From: Burkholderiaceae bacterium
Lineage (GTDB): Bacteria > Pseudomonadota > Gammaproteobacteria > Burkholderiales > Burkholderiaceae_A
Assembly (NCBI GenBank): GCA_023261135.1
Contig: JALRJP010000002.1
Coordinates: 1-52,600 of the forward strand
Reading direction: 5' to 3'
DNA: 52,600 nt
Notes under the pieces: generated by a model
What the model was told of the DNA's origin: nothing
Database searches by the model: none
Seen by the model: only the letters and a program-made list of their open reading frames with translations
In this document: in pieces, positions 1-9,765 of the stretch
Layout of the letters: each line of letters opens with the position of its first letter
Position numbering within the stretch: position 1 is the first letter of the stretch
Program-made: the position numbers and the translations under genes

Positions 1-212
1 ACGAACTCGACGGTGGCGGGCAGGATGCGTTCGGGCGAGACAATCTTTGCAAGCTGCTCAAGCCTGGGGTCGGGCAGCTCAACAATGCCGTTGTTGGGCT
101 CAATGGTACAAAAAGGGTAGTTCTCGGCCGCGATTCCCGCCTTGGTGAGTGCGTTGAACAGGGTGCTTTTTCCTACATTAGGAAGTCCTACGATTCCGCA
201 TTGAAGTGCCAT
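1..212 (-). CDS. ychF: Redox-regulated ATPase YchF (N-terminal part; runs off window start)
   Basis: Hand translation from ATG at 212: [40 protein letters not shown], the YchF P-loop and YPFCTIEPN signature; directly downstream of pth. Not in the supplied ORF track. Confidence 0.96.
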   Translation of the reverse strand, partial: MALQCGIVGLPNVGKSTLFNALTKAGIAAENYPFCTIEPNNGIVELPDPRLEQLAKIVSPERILPATVEF

Positions 213-236
213 AGAAATTTGCCTGTCGTAAGTGGT

Positions 237-839
237 TTATGCAGTGGTGTGGAGTGCAAGCTGCGCTTTATCAAAACGGCCATTCAGAACGTCGGGCATG
301 GACTGAAGGCTTCGGTCAATGGCGGCCTCAATAAGCGTCTGTTCGGTAGCCGAGGGGCGATGAAGAACGAAGTCGGCAACGTCTTGTTGAAGTCCGAGAC
401 TGCGCGGGTGCCCAATACCAAGCCTCAGCCTCCAAAAGTCGGCAGTGCCAAGATGTTGGGCGATGCTACGAATCCCATTGTGCCCCCCATGGCCGCCACC
501 CTTTTTAAGGCGAATATCCCCAGGCAGAATGTCAAGCTCATCGTGTACGACCAGAATGGCATCGGCTGGAACTTTGTAGAACTGTACAAGTGCCTGAACG
601 GCCCGGCCTGAGTCGTTCATGTAGGTGGTGGGCTGACAACAGAAAACAGTCGATGCCAGCTTTTGAAGTCGACAGGAAAAGCGTGCTTCCTCACGCCATG
701 TCGAGGGTGCGAATCCTGTCATTGATTTCGTAAGGTCGGCGAGTCTCTCGACTAACCAGAAGCCAACGTTGTGACGATGGTCCTCGTAGCGGGGCCCTGG
801 ATTGCCGAGCCCCACTATGAGTTGAATAGACGTCGTCAA
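237..839 (-). CDS. pth: Peptidyl-tRNA hydrolase
   Basis: LIVGLGNPG, RHNVGF, YMNDSG, VHDELD, GGHGGHNG, RLRLGIGHP motifs. Confidence 0.98.
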   Translation of the reverse strand: MTTSIQLIVGLGNPGPRYEDHRHNVGFWLVERLADLTKSMTGFAPSTWREEARFSCRLQKLASTVFCCQPTTYMNDSGRAVQALVQFYKVPADAILVVHDELDILPGDIRLKKGGGHGGHNGIRSIAQHLGTADFWRLRLGIGHPRSLGLQQDVADFVLHRPSATEQTLIEAAIDRSLQSMPDVLNGRFDKAQLALHTTA

Positions 840-855
840 ATCACCTTAGAACAGC

Positions 856-1488
856 TTAGGCAGGCTTTGCAGCCTCACCGCCTTCGGCTGCGGCATCGTC
901 GGCTTTAGACGCACCACCGGCTTTGGTTGCTGTTGCAACAACAGGATTGTCTTGGCCGTGAGTTACCAGGGTAACCCCCGAAGGCAACTTGATGTCGCTC
1001 ACGTGCACGGGATGCGCCACGGTAAGGTTTGAAAGGTCAACCTCAAGAAACTCGGGAAGGTCTTTGGGCAGGCAGGAGACCTCGAGATCGTTAAGTACGT
1101 GACTTACGATGGCGCCCTCTAGCTTGACGGCGGGCGAGCCTTCTTGACCAATAAAGTGCAAAGGTACTTTGGTATGGAGCTTGGAGTTTGCATCGACCCT
1201 TTGAAAGTCAACATGCAGAACTTGCGCCTTAAAGGGGTGCACTTGAAAGTCTCGCAGGAGAACCTGTTCAGACTTGCCGTCAAGTTCAAGGTTAAGAATG
1301 GACGAATGAAAGGCCTCAACCTTCAGCGCAAGAAGGATGGGGTTGTGATCCATTTCAATGGCAATGGGCTGGTTAGCCCCACCGTAAACAATACCTGGCA
1401 CTTTACCGCTGCGACGAAGGCGGCGGCTCGCACCCGTACCTTGCGTTTCACGACGGCTTGCCACCACGTGGGAGGTGGAAATTTTCAT
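856..1488 (-). CDS. rplY: 50S ribosomal protein L25 / general stress protein Ctc (long form)
   Basis: [36 protein letters not shown]; start placed at ATG 1488 (MKISTSH), with GGAG about 9 nt upstream. Confidence 0.96.
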   Translation of the reverse strand: MKISTSHVVASRRETQGTGASRRLRRSGKVPGIVYGGANQPIAIEMDHNPILLALKVEAFHSSILNLELDGKSEQVLLRDFQVHPFKAQVLHVDFQRVDANSKLHTKVPLHFIGQEGSPAVKLEGAIVSHVLNDLEVSCLPKDLPEFLEVDLSNLTVAHPVHVSDIKLPSGVTLVTHGQDNPVVATATKAGGASKADDAAAEGGEAAKPA

Positions 1489-1514
1489 GGAATAAGACTC
1501 CGTTAATTGGTTTT

Positions 1515-1559
1515 GAAAGGCTCGTCGGGCCGCGACCAGCACCAACGAAAAAGCCCTCC
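1515..1559 (-). promoter_or_regulatory. Structured rplY 5' leader hairpin (candidate L25 autoregulatory element)
   Basis: Minus-strand RNA GGAGGGC-UUUU-UCGUUGG-U-GC-UGGUCGCG-GC-CCGACGA-GCCUUUC folds into two 7-bp helices plus a 2-bp helix and an 8-nt loop, ending 26 nt before the start codon. Confidence 0.5.
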
Positions 1560-1578
1560 ATTCTATCAGACGGCTTAT

Positions 1579-2556
1579 CTATTCAAGAAATAGAGAGCTT
1601 ACGGAGTCCGATTTGGCAATTCGAATAATGGTTTCGGCCATAAGGCCTGCGCAGGAAATAACCCGAATACGCTCGCAGGCAGCTGTTTCAGCGTCAAGCG
1701 GAATGGTGTCGGTAACCACCAACTCGTCAAGCTCGGACTGCTCGACCCTTTGGGCTGCCCCACCCGACAACACGGGGTGCGTACAGTAGGCAACGACCCG
1801 CGAAGCACCATGGGCCTTAAGGGCCGCTGCCGCCTTGGTTAGGGTTCCCGCAGTGTCGACCATGTCGTCCATGATAATGCAGGTACGGCCTTGAACGTCA
1901 CCAATAATGTTCATCACCTCGGAGACATTGGCTTTGGGTCGGCGTTTATCAATAATGGCAAGGTCGGTATCGAGCTCTTTGGCAAAGGCTCGGGCTCGTA
2001 CCACGCCGCCGACATCGGGCGAGACCACCATGACATCGCGGTAGTCGTGCTTCCAAATGTCACCCAGAATAATAGGGGCTGCATAAATATTGTCGACCGG
2101 AATATCAAAAAAGCCCTGAATCTGGTCGGAGTGCAAATCCATGGTGAGCACTCGGTTCACACCCACCGACTGCAGCATATTGGCTACAACCTTGGCGCTA
2201 ATGGGCACACGAGCCGACCGCACACGTCGATCTTGTCGGGCGTAGCCAAAATAAGGAATAGCCGCGGTAATTCGGCTTGCAGAGGCCCTGCGAAGTGCGT
2301 CGACCATGAGCATCACTTCCATTAAGTGATCGTTAGCGGGGGCCGATGTGGACTGCAAAACAAAGACATCGCGGCCACGAACATGCTCAAGTATTTCGAT
2401 CGTGGCTTCACCGTCAGAGAACCGCCCAACGTTCGCGCGTCCAAGTGGAATGGACAGACACTTGGCAACATCGGAGGCAAGCCGTGGGTTGGCGTTACCG
2501 GTAAAGAGCATGACCCCTTCAGCGGGCGAGCCGGAGGTGTTAAGGCGATCGGCCAT
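1579..2556 (-). CDS. prs: Ribose-phosphate pyrophosphokinase
   Basis: [50 protein letters not shown]; start uncertain (2556 or 2592). Confidence 0.98.
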   Translation of the reverse strand: MADRLNTSGSPAEGVMLFTGNANPRLASDVAKCLSIPLGRANVGRFSDGEATIEILEHVRGRDVFVLQSTSAPANDHLMEVMLMVDALRRASASRITAAIPYFGYARQDRRVRSARVPISAKVVANMLQSVGVNRVLTMDLHSDQIQGFFDIPVDNIYAAPIILGDIWKHDYRDVMVVSPDVGGVVRARAFAKELDTDLAIIDKRRPKANVSEVMNIIGDVQGRTCIIMDDMVDTAGTLTKAAAALKAHGASRVVAYCTHPVLSGGAAQRVEQSELDELVVTDTIPLDAETAACERIRVISCAGLMAETIIRIAKSDSVSSLFLE

Positions 2557-2607
2557 GTGGGGCGTCTCGGTTCGGGTGGGTAGTCTTAGCATGAACGGGC
2601 TTTGAAG

Positions 2608-2684
2608 TGGCTGGGGAGGAAGGACTCGAACCCTCGAATGCCGGAATCAAAATCCGGTGCCTTAACCAACTTGGCGACTCCCCA
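2608..2684 (-). tRNA. tRNA-Gln (anticodon UUG)
   Basis: Minus strand TGGGGAGTCGCCAAGTTGGTTAAGGCACCGGATTTTGATTCCGGCATTCGAGGGTTCGAGTCCTTCCTCCCCAGCCA: cloverleaf, anticodon arm CCGGA-TTTTGAT-TCCGG, GTTCGAG T-loop, encoded CCA; usual ispE-tRNA-Gln-prs position. Confidence 0.97.
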
Positions 2685-2733
2685 GCGATACAACCACCAT
2701 CAAAACCCTAATCGTACTGGATTCGACTTCATT

Positions 2734-3618
2734 TTATAAATATGTCTCCACGGCGCGAATTCCACGAAAGCGTGTGGAGCTTACAGGCTGCGATGTGAGC
2801 CAGTCAGCAAGCTGCCTTGCCTGAGCTGCGGACTGGCAACTGCAAAAGAGTGCTGAGCCACTGCCCGACATACGCACGGCCTGCGCTGGAAGTCCTTGTG
2901 CTTGGGCAGCGTCAACTAAAAGATTAAGGTCTTCGCTAAGCAAGGGATAGAGGTTCAGCGCAACGTTAAGAAGGTCGTTGCGGCCGGCCGTCCAGACGGA
3001 CGCCTGAACGGCTTTCTGGATGGCGTCCTCACTTAAGGCCGAACTATTCCTTATGAGCTGCTCGCTTTGAAAGATGCGCGCCGTGGGAATCTCGATGTTG
3101 GGTACGGCCACAACGAACTGTCTGGCCAAAGGCCTAAAGGCTCGGAGCGTTTCACCAATGCCGGTCACGAGGGCGGGCTCGGGCTGTATGAAGAAGGGGA
3201 CATCTGCCCCAAGCCCAAGGCCAAGTTCAAGCAATTCTTGGTTTGAGAGTTGAAGACCCCAGAGTTGAACCAAGCCCTTTAGGCAGGTGGCCGCATCGGA
3301 ACTGCCTCCGCCAAGGCCTGCGCCATGCGGAATCTCTTTTTGAATGGTGATCTCACATCCCTGAGAAGAGTCCATCTGGCCTTTGCTTACGCCAAGCGCC
3401 CTTAGCCGTTGTGCCGCCTTGATACAAATGTCGTTCTCGGCCGGCCAAGGATGCGAGGACAGGCGCTGAATACTGCTGTTTTGAGTCGGTCGAATTTGAA
3501 TCGTGTCGCACCAGTTAATGGGAACGAAGAGGCTCTGCAGCAGGTGATAGCCATCGGGTCGTTGGCCGGTGACATGCAGAAAAAGGTTGAGTTTGGCCGG
3601 CGCCTTCAGTTGCAGCAT
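2734..3618 (-). CDS. ispE: 4-diphosphocytidyl-2-C-methyl-D-erythritol kinase
   Basis: APAKLNLFLHVTG..DGYHLLQSLF, KEIPHGAGLGGGSSDAA, LGADVPFF, RMSGSGS; start placed at ATG 3618. Confidence 0.96.
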   Translation of the reverse strand: MLQLKAPAKLNLFLHVTGQRPDGYHLLQSLFVPINWCDTIQIRPTQNSSIQRLSSHPWPAENDICIKAAQRLRALGVSKGQMDSSQGCEITIQKEIPHGAGLGGGSSDAATCLKGLVQLWGLQLSNQELLELGLGLGADVPFFIQPEPALVTGIGETLRAFRPLARQFVVAVPNIEIPTARIFQSEQLIRNSSALSEDAIQKAVQASVWTAGRNDLLNVALNLYPLLSEDLNLLVDAAQAQGLPAQAVRMSGSGSALFCSCQSAAQARQLADWLTSQPVSSTRFRGIRAVETYL

Positions 3619-4196
3619 GGGTCGGCAATGAGGCGAAGTTCTATCCAAGCCCCCGGTGTGTTTATTCGTTCCGCAACGGGCTGAGGGTTAGACAGGCTGG
3701 TAAGTCTGGGCTCAAGTGCATGCAGCAATTGAAGGAAGGCGCCCATGTTTTCAGCATCGAGACCAAGGCCAGCAGCCCAGCGGTCAAGGGCCTCTTCACT
3801 GACAGGCCTGCCCCTTTGGTCAAAGATCTGCCAGCCCAATAATCTGTCACTGGGTTCAGGGACGCGATTCCCTTCAACAGTTATGCCCGTAGGCTGATCC
3901 GCAACCCCCCGAATACGCCCAAGCCCTGCCCGGACTTCGCCCCAAGGGTTCTGCAATTCAAGCAACTCTGGCCCTATGCCATTACGAGGCTTTCGCCAGT
4001 CAAAACGCCCCTGAATGGGCTCACTAAGGAAAGAGGCCCTCAACCCAAAGCGGCCGGCCACCTGCTGGTGATTTGTACTTAGGGTGTGACCTTGGAGGGT
4101 CTGAAGTGAGGCAAGCGGACCTTCCGGCAGTGGTCGGATTGCGCAACCCATGACAAGGGCCGACATACAACCTGCGGCGAATACTGAAAATTTCAA
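3606..4196 (-). CDS. lolB: Outer-membrane lipoprotein, probable LolB (divergent)
   Basis: Lipobox LVMG-C, AGRFGLR...QGRFDWR and LELQNPWG segments resembling LolB; canonical TPR-lolB-ispE position. Confidence 0.7.
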   Translation of the reverse strand: MKFSVFAAGCMSALVMGCAIRPLPEGPLASLQTLQGHTLSTNHQQVAGRFGLRASFLSEPIQGRFDWRKPRNGIGPELLELQNPWGEVRAGLGRIRGVADQPTGITVEGNRVPEPSDRLLGWQIFDQRGRPVSEEALDRWAAGLGLDAENMGAFLQLLHALEPRLTSLSNPQPVAERINTPGAWIELRLIADPCCN

Positions 4197-4205
4197 GTGC
4201 GAGGT

Positions 4206-5291
4206 TCAGGGCGAGCCAGACGGGTCCAGTGCCTCGGAGAGTGGGTCGGATAAAACGGCTTTACGGGCAATACCCAGTCGAGACAGTGTCTCTCGAAGCA
4301 CAGCGTTTTGTGGGTCGTGGCTAAGCCCAAGCCGAAAGACGGCTAGAGCCTCGTCGGCTCTTGATAACTGCCAGAGCACCTCACCAAGGTGGGCTGAAAT
4401 TTCAGCATCGGGCTGGCGTTCGTAGGCGCTGTAAAGAAAGGGTAGGGCGTCGCGAGGCAGACCTTGGCGAAAATAAACCCAGCCCATGCTGTCAAGAATA
4501 TGCGGGTCGTTGGGTAGCAGTTGAAGGGCTTGTTCAATCAGTGCTCGGGCCTCGGGCAGTCGCTCGTTGCGGTCTGCAAAGCTGTAGCCTAGTGCGTTAA
4601 GCGCATGGGCATGATTGGGCTCTTTTGCGATAAGACTGCGCAGTAAGAATTCCATCTGGGCAAAGTTTTTGGAGCGCTCGTAGAGCATGGCCCGGGTGTA
4701 AAGTAGTTCCGATCGATTGGCATGGTCAAGGGCGACGGACTCGAGCAAGGCCACTGACTTCACAGGGTCAGGCCCTTTTGCAGAGAGCGCAGCCAGCCTG
4801 TCGTAGAACGCGGCCAGGCTGGTCTCGCCGTTTTGTTCGGCCTTTGCTCGGCGAGCCAGAAGACTTTGACGCAGGTCGTTATGAAAGCCCAGAAGCATTT
4901 GCAGGGAGTCGACAATGTCTTGGGCTTCAGCAGACTCGGGCTTGGCCGCAAGCCAAATGACGCCGGCCTCAAGGGCCTGCCGGGGCGCCCTGCCATTCAA
5001 GGCGAGGCGACAGGCGCGCTCTGCCACCGCCGCATCCTGGGTTCGTTGGGCGAGGCTAAGATAGGTTGCCAGGGCAACCCCATGCTCGCCTTGTTGAAGC
5101 GCAAGCTCGCTTGCGAGAATTTGAAACACAATGCTTGCTGGTGAAGGCTCTGCAGCTGCAGAAGGCCCCTTTGACGCCTGAGCCGCCATACCCAGACAAA
5201 GACCCGCGGCCAGCATGCTGGCCTGAGACAGTCGAAGTAGGCTGAACCGGCGCTTGGTGGCCAGCGTTCGAGCTCGTTGAGAACGGAACAT
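4206..5291 (-). CDS. Exported tetratricopeptide-repeat protein (short form)
   Basis: Signal-like N-terminus; FQILASELALQQG; C-terminal TPRs HAHALNALGYSFAD and PHILDSMGWVYFRQG, typical of the TPR gene upstream of lolB. Confidence 0.88.
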   Translation of the reverse strand: MFRSQRARTLATKRRFSLLRLSQASMLAAGLCLGMAAQASKGPSAAAEPSPASIVFQILASELALQQGEHGVALATYLSLAQRTQDAAVAERACRLALNGRAPRQALEAGVIWLAAKPESAEAQDIVDSLQMLLGFHNDLRQSLLARRAKAEQNGETSLAAFYDRLAALSAKGPDPVKSVALLESVALDHANRSELLYTRAMLYERSKNFAQMEFLLRSLIAKEPNHAHALNALGYSFADRNERLPEARALIEQALQLLPNDPHILDSMGWVYFRQGLPRDALPFLYSAYERQPDAEISAHLGEVLWQLSRADEALAVFRLGLSHDPQNAVLRETLSRLGIARKAVLSDPLSEALDPSGSP

Positions 5292-5323
5292 ACAGTAACA
5301 ATATAGGAATTTAAGGCCGATGC

Positions 5324-6187
5324 ATGCCAGAACTACCGGAGGTTGAAGTGATTTGCCAGGGGCTCAAACCCTTGGTTGTCGGTAAAACCATTGCCTCTGC
5401 GGGCTCCAGCGGGCAGCGTCTTCGCACTTTCAATGGGGAACTGGCAGGCTGGCGGCTTGAAGGCCAGAAGGTTTTGGACGTCTGTCGTCGTTCCAAACAT
5501 CTGGTCCTTGTCCTTTCTAAGACGCTGCTTGGGCTTCATCTGGGCATGTCGGGCCAGCTTGTTTGGCGTGCTCGCGCCGAACCAAGACCTGCCCATACCC
5601 ATGTCTGGCTCGATTTTCCGGGCCATCGGCTCGACTATGTTGATCCACGTCGCTTTGGAGATATAAGGCGATTGAACCGCCCGACGGTGACTTCAACCGG
5701 CGAGTTGGTGGCGGGCATCGAGCGGGGTGACTGGGACTCTTGGCTCACACCAAGTGCCCTAGGTGTCGAGCCTCTAACCCCAAGCTTTTCGGCCCATGGC
5801 CTTTACCGTGCAAGTCGCGGTGTTCAGCAGGCGGTGAAACCTTGGCTTATGCGCGGCCATGTGGTGGTGGGTGTGGGCAACATTTATGCAAGCGAGGCCC
5901 TTTACGCGGCAGGCATACACCCCAACCGACCTGCGGGACGGCTGTCAATGAATCGCATGATCCGACTGGCCCTGGCGATCCAGGAGCAATTGCAGGCGGC
6001 GATTTCAGCCGGCGGAAGCACACTTCGTGACTATCGGTCTGCCCATGGGCAGCCGGGCGGCTATACCCTTGCGCATAAAGTCTATGACCGAGAGGCAGAG
6101 CCCTGCGGTCAATGTGGACGCGCTATTCGCAGACTTGTACAGGCTCAGCGTTCGTCTTTTTATTGTCCCGGTTGTCAGCGCGCGTGA
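5324..6187 (+). CDS. mutM: Formamidopyrimidine-DNA glycosylase (Fpg)
   Basis: N-terminal MPELPEVE, HLGMSG, DPRRFG, GVGNIYASE, C-terminal zinc finger CGQC...FYCPGCQ. Confidence 0.98.
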   Translation: MPELPEVEVICQGLKPLVVGKTIASAGSSGQRLRTFNGELAGWRLEGQKVLDVCRRSKHLVLVLSKTLLGLHLGMSGQLVWRARAEPRPAHTHVWLDFPGHRLDYVDPRRFGDIRRLNRPTVTSTGELVAGIERGDWDSWLTPSALGVEPLTPSFSAHGLYRASRGVQQAVKPWLMRGHVVVGVGNIYASEALYAAGIHPNRPAGRLSMNRMIRLALAIQEQLQAAISAGGSTLRDYRSAHGQPGGYTLAHKVYDREAEPCGQCGRAIRRLVQAQRSSFYCPGCQRA

Positions 6188-7314
6188 GCTTCACTGAAAA
6201 CCTTCTTGCCTGGGGGCGTTTACACGGCCGTACTGATTTGCCATGGCAGCAAAAGACGAAGGGAAGGCTCAATGTCTACTGGGTCTGGGTCTCCGAGGTG
6301 ATGCTTCAGCAGACCCAGGTTCAGACGGTTCGCGACCACTTTCTTGCCTTTATTCGTCGGTTTCCAGATCGAGCTAGCCTGGCTCAGGCACCCTTGGACG
6401 ACGTGCTTGCCTCATGGAGCGGGCTGGGCTACTACAGGCGGGCGCGCAACCTGCATGCCGCCGCATGTCTTCTTGAACAGCACCACCCTAAAGGTAGTTG
6501 GCCTCGAACCCGGCACGCCTGGCAGGACCTGCCAGGCCTCGGGCGTTCAACGGCAGCGGCGATTGTTTCCAGCTGTTTTCAGGCGCATGAGCCCATTCTT
6601 GATGGCAATGTGAAACGCGTCCTTGCACGGCAGGTCTGCGCCGAACAGCCTTGGGGGTCTGCTGCGCTTGATCGTTTGCTCTGGGAAGAGGCCGAGCGTC
6701 GTCTTCCTGCAAGGGCGACTGATATGCCGCTCTATACCCAGTCGCTTATGGATCTTGGCGCCACCCTCTGCCTTCCAAAGCGACCAGACTGCAGCCGTTG
6801 CCCTGTTCATAAGGACTGCCAGGCCTATTCGAAAGGCGAGAGCCTTGCCTTTCCCCGGCCGAAGCCTTCGAAGGTCAGGCCGGTTCGCGAGGTACATTGG
6901 CTCGTCTGTCTTCGATTGGAGGGCCCTAAGGCGTCGGCTAGGTCTGGATCTAGGAGCCGGTTACAGCTTGCCCTTCAGCGGCAGCCCGAACAGGGGGTGT
7001 GGGCGGGGCTTTGGAGCTTTCCTGCGCTGGATCCCCAGGTATCCCTACCCAAAGGCTGGGTGCAGTGGATGGTCTTTCATCACGACTTCAGCCATTTTCG
7101 TCTGGCGGTGAACCTCTGGGTACCCCCTTGGTTTATGCAAGACTGGGAGGGTCATCCCGCAGGCCCTTTGTTAGCCAAGGATGCAGCAGGGGAGACCCAT
7201 CTTTTAAGCGCTGAGACGCTTAGTTACAGACCCATCTCAGACTGGTTCGAACAAGGCATTCCAAGCCCGGTTCGCCGTGTTCTTAAGAAGCTAGCTGAGG
7301 CCCTTGAGACTTAA
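6184..7314 (+). CDS. mutY: A/G-specific adenine glycosylase
   Basis: VWVSEVMLQQTQV, WSGLGYYRRARNLH, LPGLGRSTAAAI, ILDGNVKRVL, 4Fe-4S motif C-x6-C-x2-C-x5-C; probable GTG start at 6184 overlapping the mutM TGA (GTGA). Confidence 0.95.
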   Translation: MSFTENLLAWGRLHGRTDLPWQQKTKGRLNVYWVWVSEVMLQQTQVQTVRDHFLAFIRRFPDRASLAQAPLDDVLASWSGLGYYRRARNLHAAACLLEQHHPKGSWPRTRHAWQDLPGLGRSTAAAIVSSCFQAHEPILDGNVKRVLARQVCAEQPWGSAALDRLLWEEAERRLPARATDMPLYTQSLMDLGATLCLPKRPDCSRCPVHKDCQAYSKGESLAFPRPKPSKVRPVREVHWLVCLRLEGPKASARSGSRSRLQLALQRQPEQGVWAGLWSFPALDPQVSLPKGWVQWMVFHHDFSHFRLAVNLWVPPWFMQDWEGHPAGPLLAKDAAGETHLLSAETLSYRPISDWFEQGIPSPVRRVLKKLAEALET

Positions 7315-8184
7315 GCCGCGGTGACGAACAAGGCATGGCCATTGGCTACGAAAACGGTCGGCCAGACGCTCAGCGCAGTAGACCGAGCGATGCTGACCGC
7401 CGGTGCAGCCCAGCGCCACGGTGAGGTAGCTGCGCTGGTCATGCTCAAACTCAGCAATCCAACGTTCTAGAAAGTTACCAATGTCTTCAATCAGTTTTGA
7501 GGCCTGGGTCTCATTTGCAAGAAACTGGGCGACCTTGGGATCGAGGCCTGTGAGGGGTTTAAGCACCTCGACGTAGTGGGGATTCGACAGGCAGCGAACA
7601 TCAAAAACGAGATCGGCATCAAGTGGGATACCGTCTTTGTAGGCAAAGGACTGAAACATAAGGCTGATGCGGCCCGACTTAAGTTGAAGAAATTCGCGAA
7701 CCCAGGTGCGCAATACCGCTGGCTTTAAGTCGGTGGTGTCTATTTGCACGCCAAGCTGTTCAATATCGGCAAGGATCTCGCGTTCGTGTTCGATGCATTC
7801 CAACAGGGAAGATGACTCTTCTTGGCCCTCAAGTCCAAGAGCCTCGATGGCCTCGGGTCGAAGGCTCAGTGGGTGGCGTCGTCGCGTTTCAGAGTAGCGT
7901 TGCACCAGCGCATCGGTTCTTGCGTTTAGAAACAAAAGACGAACCTCGATGCCAGCAGTCTTGAGTTTCTCAAGCGTAAAGCGAACAGACTGAAGGTCGT
8001 CGCGCATACGGGTGTCGGCCGCAATGGCAAGACGTGGAAAGGAACGTGACTGCAGAGACTCGGCAACCGGTTGAATAAATCCTACAGGCAGGTTATCGAT
8101 GCAGAAGTAGCCCGAGTCTTCAAGCGCGTTCAGAACCACCGACTTGCCCGAGCCGGACATGCCCGTTACAAGAATAAGCTGCAT
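7291..8184 (-). CDS. rapZ: RNase adapter RapZ (YhbJ/YvcJ family P-loop protein)
   Basis: VTGMSGSGKS, FCIDNLP, RYSETRRRHPL, DLVFDVRCLSNP, GCTGGQHRSVY. Confidence 0.97.
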   Translation of the reverse strand: MQLILVTGMSGSGKSVVLNALEDSGYFCIDNLPVGFIQPVAESLQSRSFPRLAIAADTRMRDDLQSVRFTLEKLKTAGIEVRLLFLNARTDALVQRYSETRRRHPLSLRPEAIEALGLEGQEESSSLLECIEHEREILADIEQLGVQIDTTDLKPAVLRTWVREFLQLKSGRISLMFQSFAYKDGIPLDADLVFDVRCLSNPHYVEVLKPLTGLDPKVAQFLANETQASKLIEDIGNFLERWIAEFEHDQRSYLTVALGCTGGQHRSVYCAERLADRFRSQWPCLVRHRGLSLKGLS

Positions 8185-9134
8185 TAGCCCCCCGCCTTTG
8201 TATTACTGGCGTTTGCTTCAAGCTCCATGGCGCGTTGCTGCCTCTCGGTGAAGGCCCTCATGGTGTCAATGCCCCGAAGTTGCAAGACCGTGTTACGAAC
8301 GGCGGCCTCGACAAGTACCGCAAGGTTTCGGCCTGCCGCAACCGGAATTACAACTTTTCGAACAGGAAGGCCCAGGACGTCCTCGGTGAGTGCCTCAAGT
8401 GGCAGGCGCTCGTGGTCGTTAAAGCCAGAGCGCCTAATAAGCTGGACAATAAGCCGCAGGCGCATCTTTCGACGAAGACTCGTTTCACCGAAAATGGCTT
8501 GAATATCAAGCAGGCCAAGCCCGCGCACCTCAAGCATGTTCTGAAGAAGTGGTGGGCAACGGCCTTCGACAGCGTCGGGTGCAATGCGGGCGAAGTCAAC
8601 GACGTCGTCGGCAATGAGGCCATGGCCACGGGTAATAAGCTCAAGTGCAAGTTCGCTCTTCCCAAGCCCTGATTCGCCCGATATGAGAACGCCAAGCCCG
8701 AGCACGTCCATAAACACACCATGCAAGGAGGCCTTGGGGGCGAGGACGCGTGACAGCAAGATACGCATGCGTTCAATGGTCTGAGCTGCCGAAAGGGGCG
8801 TACGAAAAAGCGGGATGTCGTCACGGTCACATGCATCGAAGAGGCCCGAAGGAGGCACGAGCCCATCGGCCATGACCAAGGCGGGTGGGCAGCCCGCCAG
8901 AAGTTCAGCCGTTAAATAAGACCTGCGTTGCGGGTCGAGCCGGTTAAAGTACTCCACCTCGGGCTTGCCAAGCACTTGAATTCGGTAGGGATGAATCAGG
9001 TTAAGGTGACCAACAAGATCGGCGCTCTCAAAGCTCTGTCCCGAGATATGACGGTCACCGCCAGCCTGCCCGGTGACCCAGCGCAGTTGGAGTTCGTCTT
9101 GGTAATCTGAGAAGAAGACACCTATATTGAGCAT
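8184..9134 (-). CDS. hprK: HPr kinase/phosphorylase
   Basis: [56 protein letters not shown]. Confidence 0.97.
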   Translation of the reverse strand: MLNIGVFFSDYQDELQLRWVTGQAGGDRHISGQSFESADLVGHLNLIHPYRIQVLGKPEVEYFNRLDPQRRSYLTAELLAGCPPALVMADGLVPPSGLFDACDRDDIPLFRTPLSAAQTIERMRILLSRVLAPKASLHGVFMDVLGLGVLISGESGLGKSELALELITRGHGLIADDVVDFARIAPDAVEGRCPPLLQNMLEVRGLGLLDIQAIFGETSLRRKMRLRLIVQLIRRSGFNDHERLPLEALTEDVLGLPVRKVVIPVAAGRNLAVLVEAAVRNTVLQLRGIDTMRAFTERQQRAMELEANASNTKAGG

Positions 9135-9216
9135 GGATGCTCTCTATGAAAAAATGCGTTTACATAAGACAGGGCAAGCGAGCCATTGCCCCTGCCTTGA
9201 TAAGTACAACGCTTTT

Positions 9217-9684
9217 TTATTGGGCAGCTGGTGAACTCCAGGCCGCGAGAGTGTTGTAAAGGGCTTGGGCAGTCTGGCTCGACAACAAAGCCTCGCGAAG
9301 CCCGACATCGGAGACCATCTCGGCCACCTCCGAGAGAAGTTCCAGATGTTCTTGTGTAGCCTGCTCGGGGACTAATAAAAAAATAAGCAGCGACACGGGC
9401 TTGCCATCGGGCGCATCGAAGGCAATTGGTTCGGCAAGCCGAACCACCGCGGCAACCGCCTCTTCGATGCCTTTGATGCGGCCATGGGGAATAGCAATGC
9501 CCTCGCCGAGACCGGTCGAACCTAAACGCTCTCGAGCGAATAGGGAATCGAAGACTTTGGCCCTTGCGATTCCTCGGCGTTCTTCGAATAACAGGCCCGC
9601 TCGCTCGAAGACGCGTTTCTTGCTTGTGGCCTCGACGTCGATAAGCACGCTGTTGGCCAGAAGCAGCTGACTGATACGGTTCAT
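9217..9684 (-). CDS. ptsN: PTS nitrogen-regulatory IIA component (EIIA-Ntr)
   Basis: SKKRVFE, RERLGSTGLGEGIAIPHGR (phospho-His), FDAPDGKPV. Confidence 0.97.
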   Translation of the reverse strand: MNRISQLLLANSVLIDVEATSKKRVFERAGLLFEERRGIARAKVFDSLFARERLGSTGLGEGIAIPHGRIKGIEEAVAAVVRLAEPIAFDAPDGKPVSLLIFLLVPEQATQEHLELLSEVAEMVSDVGLREALLSSQTAQALYNTLAAWSSPAAQ

Positions 9685-9719
9685 GTGAGGAACTCTCCTT
9701 GCACAGACATGTGCTGGGC

Positions 9720-9765
9720 ATTATAGCCAGACTCCCTTCAATATGCTGCGGCGCAATATTGGGGA
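9720..9765 (-). promoter_or_regulatory. Putative ptsN promoter (-10 TATAAT) with an overlapping inverted repeat / TGC-N3-GC-type operator
   Basis: Perfect TATAAT on the minus strand at 9720-9725; imperfect inverted repeat TCCC-TT-CAATATGC-TGCGGC-GCAATATTG-GGGA at 9733-9765 covering the -35 region. Confidence 0.45.

Noticed and set aside
8184-9684. HprK in a Gram-negative organism without adjacent ptsH/npr as a novelty
   Set aside because: ptsN-hprK-rapZ linkage, with HPr/NPr encoded elsewhere, is a known arrangement in betaproteobacteria.
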